A stretch of DNA of 61,639 bases, the filler included, from Circinaria calcarea (lineage: Eukaryota): the NCBI GenBank assembly GCA_051942165.1. It is 9 parts of 9 records of this genome, joined end to end, with 100 filler letters (N's around TTAATTAATTAA, not from the genome) between each part and the next. Parts side by side here need not be neighbours in the genome. Positions count along the whole stretch, not along the records: positions 54,886 to 61,639 come from JAVECS010001500.1; 8 more parts are not named here. One strand, 5' to 3'. Under the pieces are notes generated by a model. That model ran no database searches and was not told where the DNA came from. It saw only the letters and a program-made list of their open reading frames with translations. The position numbers and the translations under genes were made by a program. Positions within the stretch are counted from its first letter, which is position 1, and the number at the start of each line of letters is the position of its first letter. Below are positions 60,515 through 61,639 of this stretch, piece by piece.

Positions 60515-61639
60515 ATGCCTCCAGTCACGGGCTGGGCTTGGTGGAAGGAAGCTATCGTCTACCAAATCTACCCGTATAGCTTCAAGGACACTACTGGGAC
60601 CGGCATAGGCGACCTCAACGGCATTGCTTCCACGCTTCCATATCTACATGACTTGGGTGTCGACGTGATATGGCTGAGTCCTATCTATGCCTCTCCTATG
60701 AAGGACATGGGCTATGACATCTCCGACTACCGTGCCATCAACCCGGCAATTGGGACGATGCGTGACTGGGAGATCCTTGTTGAAGAGGCACATAAAATGG
60801 ACATGCGGATCGTAATGGACTTGGTCGTCAACCACACAAGTGACCAGCACGAATGGTTCCAGGAAAGCAAAAGTGGGGGGGTTTCCGGAAAGAAAAGAGA
60901 CTGGTATGTGTGGAAGCCAGCAAGGGATGGCAAGGAGCCGAACAACTGGGGCTCTATCTTTGGAGGCTCGGCCTGGCAGTATGATGAAACGTCCCAGGAA
61001 TATTATCTCCACGTATTCGATGTGAGCCAACCAGATCTCAACTGGGAAAACCCTGAAGTTCGAGAAGCCGTGTGGGACATAATGCGGTTCTGGCTTGAAA
61101 AAGGGTGTGATGGGTTCCGGATGGATGTCATCAACTGCATTTCTAAAGTGTGGAGTGATGTGCCGATAGTAGATACTGAGAACGAGTTTCAATTTGGCTT
61201 ATTGCATAGGTTCAACGGTCCCAAGGTGGTTGATTATCTTCTAGAAATGAACGAACAAGTCCTTGATCACTACCCAAACGTGTTCACTGTTGGAGAAACT
61301 CCGGGTGTCGCGACTCCCGAGGATGCCATCAAGTACGTTCAAGGCGGAAAACCTCTCCAGGTACGTTTCAGTCGCCACTGAACCTGTGGCCATAGTAACG
61401 CTCGAAGATGATATTCCACTTCGAGCATGTGTACATGGATATCGAGAAAGGCAAAAGGGCCTTCTATCATCGAGATTGGAAATTGACAGATCTGAAAGAT
61501 ATTCTCGGTACATGGATGGAATACATGCAAGAAAACAATGGCTGGGATAGTCTGTACTTGGAAAACCACGACCAGCCGAGAATCTTAGGCCGCTGGGCAG
61601 ATGATAGAACTTATAGGAGTGAAAGTGCCAAGATGCTGG
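60515..61639 (+). CDS. GH13 alpha-glucosidase / oligo-1,6-glucosidase (3' truncated)
   Basis: WWKEAIVYQIYPYSFKD, DMGYDISDY, DLVVNHTSDQH, QPDLNWEN, catalytic GFRMDVIN, VGET and YLENHDQPR; intron after KPLQ splices in frame. Confidence 0.95.

Noticed and set aside
1..61639. tRNA, rRNA, CRISPR arrays or intact transposases; numerous antisense ORFs inside real genes
   Set aside because: None of the former recognised by eye (tRNAscan-SE/Infernal not run); the antisense ORFs are shadows of the coding strand.

Overview
Fungal (Ascomycota, Pezizomycotina-type) nuclear DNA with short GT-AG introns. The window is not one locus. It is nine unrelated contigs (6769, 6765, 6764, 6760, 6759, 6757, 6756, 6755 and 6754 bp, so sorted by length) joined by artificial 100-bp N44-TTAATTAATTAA-N44 spacers, and gene neighbourhoods only mean something within a contig. 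Contig 1: decayed unknown ORF and the blue-light receptor white collar-1. Contig 2: CcsE/PoxO-like alpha/beta-hydrolase, INSIG and the 5' end of clathrin heavy chain. Contig 3: two divergent P450s with an inverted repeat between them. Contig 4: secreted lactonase, secreted His-rich/PAN/DUF4185-like protein and an RRT8-like 3' end. Contig 5: glutaminyl-tRNA synthetase head-to-head with SPF1. Contig 6: HGH1, an RPA-like double OB-fold protein and an OPT transporter. Contig 7: SWI5, an MDR ABC transporter and RPL39. Contig 8: PEX4, a HeLo-like/G-alpha fusion and RRD2. Contig 9: NLR-like HeLo-like N-terminus, a conserved hypothetical gene, and a pseudogenised maltose permease divergent from an apparently intact GH13 alpha-glucosidase. 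The most interesting item is the gene at 49391-51597. It fuses a HeLo-like (fungal NLR/cell-death-associated) domain to a FadA/GNA-1-derived G-alpha in which the residues equivalent to G42, R178 and Q204 are all replaced. All calls come from reading motifs by eye; no database search was run.
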